NCBI RefSeq assembly: GCF_018350175.1
Contig: NC_058386.1
Coordinates: forward strand, 126,666,001 to 126,730,000
Source: Felis catus
Taxonomy: Eukaryota
DNA length: 64,000 nucleotides
Direction of reading: 5' to 3'
Within the stretch, counting starts at the first letter, position 1. Each line of letters opens with the position of its first letter. The position numbers and the translations under genes are program-made. Below the pieces are notes generated by a model. That model made no database searches, had not been told where the DNA came from, and was given only the letters and a program-made list of their open reading frames with translations. This document shows positions 60,410 through 64,000 of the stretch, piece by piece.

Positions 60410-62820
60410 AACAAAGGACAGAAATGGATGACAAAAATAGAAATAGAAATTGCATGCTTGTATTTGGGAAAGAAAGTGAAGGAAAAGATAAAACCAACCT
60501 CAGAAATGAAGTCTAAGTTACAAGATTCCCAGGGAAGAAGAGATTCAACTGAAAATTTATTACGTGCCATTAAAGAAATGCCAGAAAACAACTGACAGAC
60601 TAAAAAGGAAAGAAAGAGAATCACAGAAAAAAAATGGCTGAACTGGAAGACAGGCCAAGAAGATGCAGTGTACACATTTATTATTAGATTCCTTGAAGAA
60701 GGAAAACAAAACAGTGGTATAGTGCCAAAATTAAAAATTATAATCCAAGAACAAGTCCACAAATACAGTAACACCTGAAGCTACATGCTGAAAGGGCCCG
60801 CCAAGTACCTGGTCAATTTTACCCAAAATGGTAAATTCTATTACAACAGCTATATTGATAAAATGACAGAATGAAAACAAATCAAATACCCAGTTCAAAC
60901 CTGGAAAAAGTACAACAGAGAAAACCAAAAGAATTTACAAAATAGGAATAAAAGCAGAAAATAATAGAGTGCAGAAAGAGAGTAGACAATTTTAAAGAAT
61001 CAAAATCTTTGGGATGCCTGGCCAGCTTGGTCGGTGGAGTGGTGAATCTTGATCTCAGGGTTGTGAGTTCAACCCCATGCTGGGTGCAGAGAGTACTTAA
61101 AATATTTTTTAAAAATACAAAATCTTTGTTTTCTGGGGGGAAAAGTTACCAAAAGGCAACCGACTAGCCAATGTAATCAATAAAGGAGCAGTGCCTAAGT
61201 ATACAGAATAAGAACTAAAAAGGAGGAAATTATCGTTGAAGCAGAGGAAATTAAAAGAAACACAAGAGACAATTCTGCACCAATTTCTACACATTTTAAA
61301 ATCTAAATGAACTGGATAATTTCCTAGAAAAATAAAATATACCATAAGTGACCCAAATAGGAATAGAAATATTACACGTATAAATCACCATAGAATAAAA
61401 GAGAAAATGACCATGGAGCTACCTCCCAAAAGGACCAGGACTCCATGATTTCCACAGAGAATTTTACCAAACTTTCAAAGACCAATGCTACACAAATTGT
61501 TCTGAAGCATACAAAAATAAAAACATATTTCTAATTCTTTTTAGGGGGCAAGTATAACTTTGGTAGCTCGACCTGATAAAGATGAAGCAAATCAGAAAAT
61601 TACAGGTTAACCTGATAAAGATAAAGCAAATCAGAAAATTACAGGTCAATATCACTTGTGATTATCAATGCAAAAATCCTAAAGTATTAACAATCAGAGG
61701 AAGGTAGGACTGTTAAATTGTTTGAGGGAAGAGCTCAGCAAAGCCATTCCCCAAAAAGCAATGATAAAACTGTACAAACTTATTTAAAAAAAAAAAAAAC
61801 CCACAACAACAACTATTTTGAGACTCTTCAAAGTCATCAAAACCACGCAACAACTGGAAAGCACTTATTCAAGAAAAACTCCTGGACATCACATAAGAAC
61901 AGCGTGAGTCCGTGGCATTTTAGCTTGAGGTGTTCCCAAGCCCCTCACTGGCCCAATCAGCAGGTGTTCTACTAGGGCAGGGCGGGCCATGAAGACCACC
62001 GGCTTTGCTGCCAAAGGGGACTAACTTGATTTGCATCGAGCATATAAAAAGCCTGTCCCTCTAGGGCACAGGGATCGCAGTGCCAGGAACGGTAAGCAGC
62101 GGACAAAGAAGGAGAGCAGCCAGAAATACTGCACGTTGATCTCAGGAACGAGTCCACCAAAGTGCCTCGAAATTCAAGTATGCTAAATACAAACACATCA
62201 AGACCAAGACACGTCCCAAACTGCTGAAAATCAAAGGCAAGGGGGACACCTTGAACACAGTGAGAGAAAACCAGCCCTTTATGTACAAGAGAATCACAAT
62301 GAGATTAACAGCCAACTACTACTCATGGCAAACGGAAGGCCAGAAGGTAGTAGAATTACATATTCAAAATGCTGAAAGAAACAAATCTGTCCAACGAGAA
62401 TTCTACATGCAGCACAACTGTATTGCAAAAGTGGAGGCAAAATAGAAACATTCCCGGAGAAACAAAGACTCACGGAACAGCCTTATGCAGGCCGAAAGGA
62501 CGGGACAGCACGTAGTAGCACCAACTCTACAAAGAACTAACGGGAGCGGGTAAAGAGAATCATGTAAGTAAATATAAAAGACGATAGAAGTACAGAATTT
62601 TCTCTTTTCTTCTTTTAACTGAGTTAACAGACAGTGGCATGAAACAATAATCATAAAACTTATTTTGGGGCCTATAAAGTAGAAAGATCTAACTATACTT
62701 GATGATAATAGCCCAGGAGTAGAGAATGGCACTGTACTAGAGTCAGGTAATGACAACAGGTTGGAACTCAAAACCACGGGAAGAAATAAAGAGCACGAGA
62801 AACAACAAACACATGAGTTT
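60410..62820 (+). mobile_element. Old L1 ORF1/ORF2 fragments
   Basis: aaatctaaatgaactggataatttcctagaaaaata and acaatgagattaacagcc; a 39-bp tandem duplication at ~61571-61647. Confidence 0.65.
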
Positions 62821-62970
62821 ATATAAGAGATTCTGTAAATAAACTTTTTCTGTGTGTATGGGTACGTGCATATATATATTTTCCCAAACCATCTGAAGGG
62901 AAGTTGCGGTAATCAGGAACCTTCACTTCAAAATATTTCAGTGTGTATCTCCTAAGAAAAATAACATTCT

Positions 62971-63735
62971 TGGGCCGCCTGGGTGGCTCAGTCGGTTTTT
63001 GGCTCAGGTCATGATCTCATGGTTTGTGAGATCCAGCTGCGTCGGGCTCTGTGCTGACAGCTCAGAGCCTGGAGCCTGCTTTGGAATCTGTGTCTCCATC
63101 TGTCTCTGCCCTTTCCCTGCTCGTGCTCACTCTCTCTCTGTCTCTCAAAAATAAATAAACATTAATCTTTTGTATAACCACAGTGCTTCAGCAAATTTGG
63201 TATCGATATAATACTATTATGTAATAAAAGCAGGGAACTATCTGATTCTTTTTGACAAAAACGAACCATTCCATTGAATGGATGTAAAATAATTTATTTA
63301 ACCATGTCTCTGTTAACGGACATTAAGGTTAATTCCAATCTTTCACAAATAATTTTCACTCACCAACCATGCACATATGTCCTTTTTACACGTGTAAGCA
63401 TTTCTGTAACCAAAATTGCCCTTCACAGGAGGGCACCATCTACCAAAACAACAGATACTATATAGTCCCTATTCAAACACTGCTGCTGTCCCAATACTGT
63501 CCTTAAGAGCAACTATTGGCAGGGTGCCTGGGTAGCTCAGTAGGTTAAGCTTTCGACTTCAGCATAGGCCACGATCTCATTGCTTGTGAGTTCGAGCCCC
63601 GTGTCAGGCTCCGTGCTGACAACTCAGAGCTTGGAGCCTGCTTTGGATTCTGTGTCCCCCTCTCTCTCTGCCCCTCCCCTGCTCACACTGTCTCTCTCTC
63701 TCAAAAATAAATAAACATTTAAAAAAATTTTTTTA
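62971..63735 (+). mobile_element. Two CanSINEs (62971-63165 and 63521-63735)
   Basis: Consensus sequence; TSD aagagcaactattggc on the second. Confidence 0.9.
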
Positions 63736-64000
63736 AAAAGAGCAACTATTGGCTAAATTCCTAGAAGTGGAATTGCTGGGTCATAAGCTATAGTGTTTGT
63801 ACTAACGTAAAAAAAAAAAAAAAATCACCAAGCTATACTTTTTAATTTAAAAAAAAAATTTAAAGGTTTTATTTTAATCACCCGATGCTTATCACAAGTG
63901 CACTCCTTAATCCCTATCACTTATTTCCCCCATCCCCACTCTCCTGTCCTCTGTCACCATCAGTGTGTTCTCTAGAGTTAACAGCCTGTTTCTTGGTATG

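Overview
This is mammalian genomic DNA from a felid or feliform carnivore, judged by about 25 feline-type CanSINEs and carnivore L1s. Gene order matches the distal Xq28 CTAG-OR-GAB3 interval. The left 24 kb holds four diverged, three-exon, + strand paralogues of the Pcc1-domain LAGE3/CTAG (NY-ESO-1) family. All four splice in frame, and all four have a U12-type (minor spliceosome) first intron. Copies 1 and 2 start with ATG. Copies 3 and 4 have GTG or ACG at the homologous start, and copy 4 has tandemly amplified its start segment. Interleaved with the cluster are two inverted duplications that meet at one breakpoint (~20264), intron-containing SLC6A8 pseudo-fragments, an ILK retro-fragment abutting an olfactory receptor pseudogene, a solo LTR, and a promoter block nearly identical between copies 2 and 4. 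A 1.5 kb C-rich minisatellite lies at 28.4-30.0 kb. The right half contains the last five coding exons and 3' UTR of GAB3 on the minus strand, with L1/SINE-filled introns. All homology calls come from recognising sequences by eye; no searches were run.
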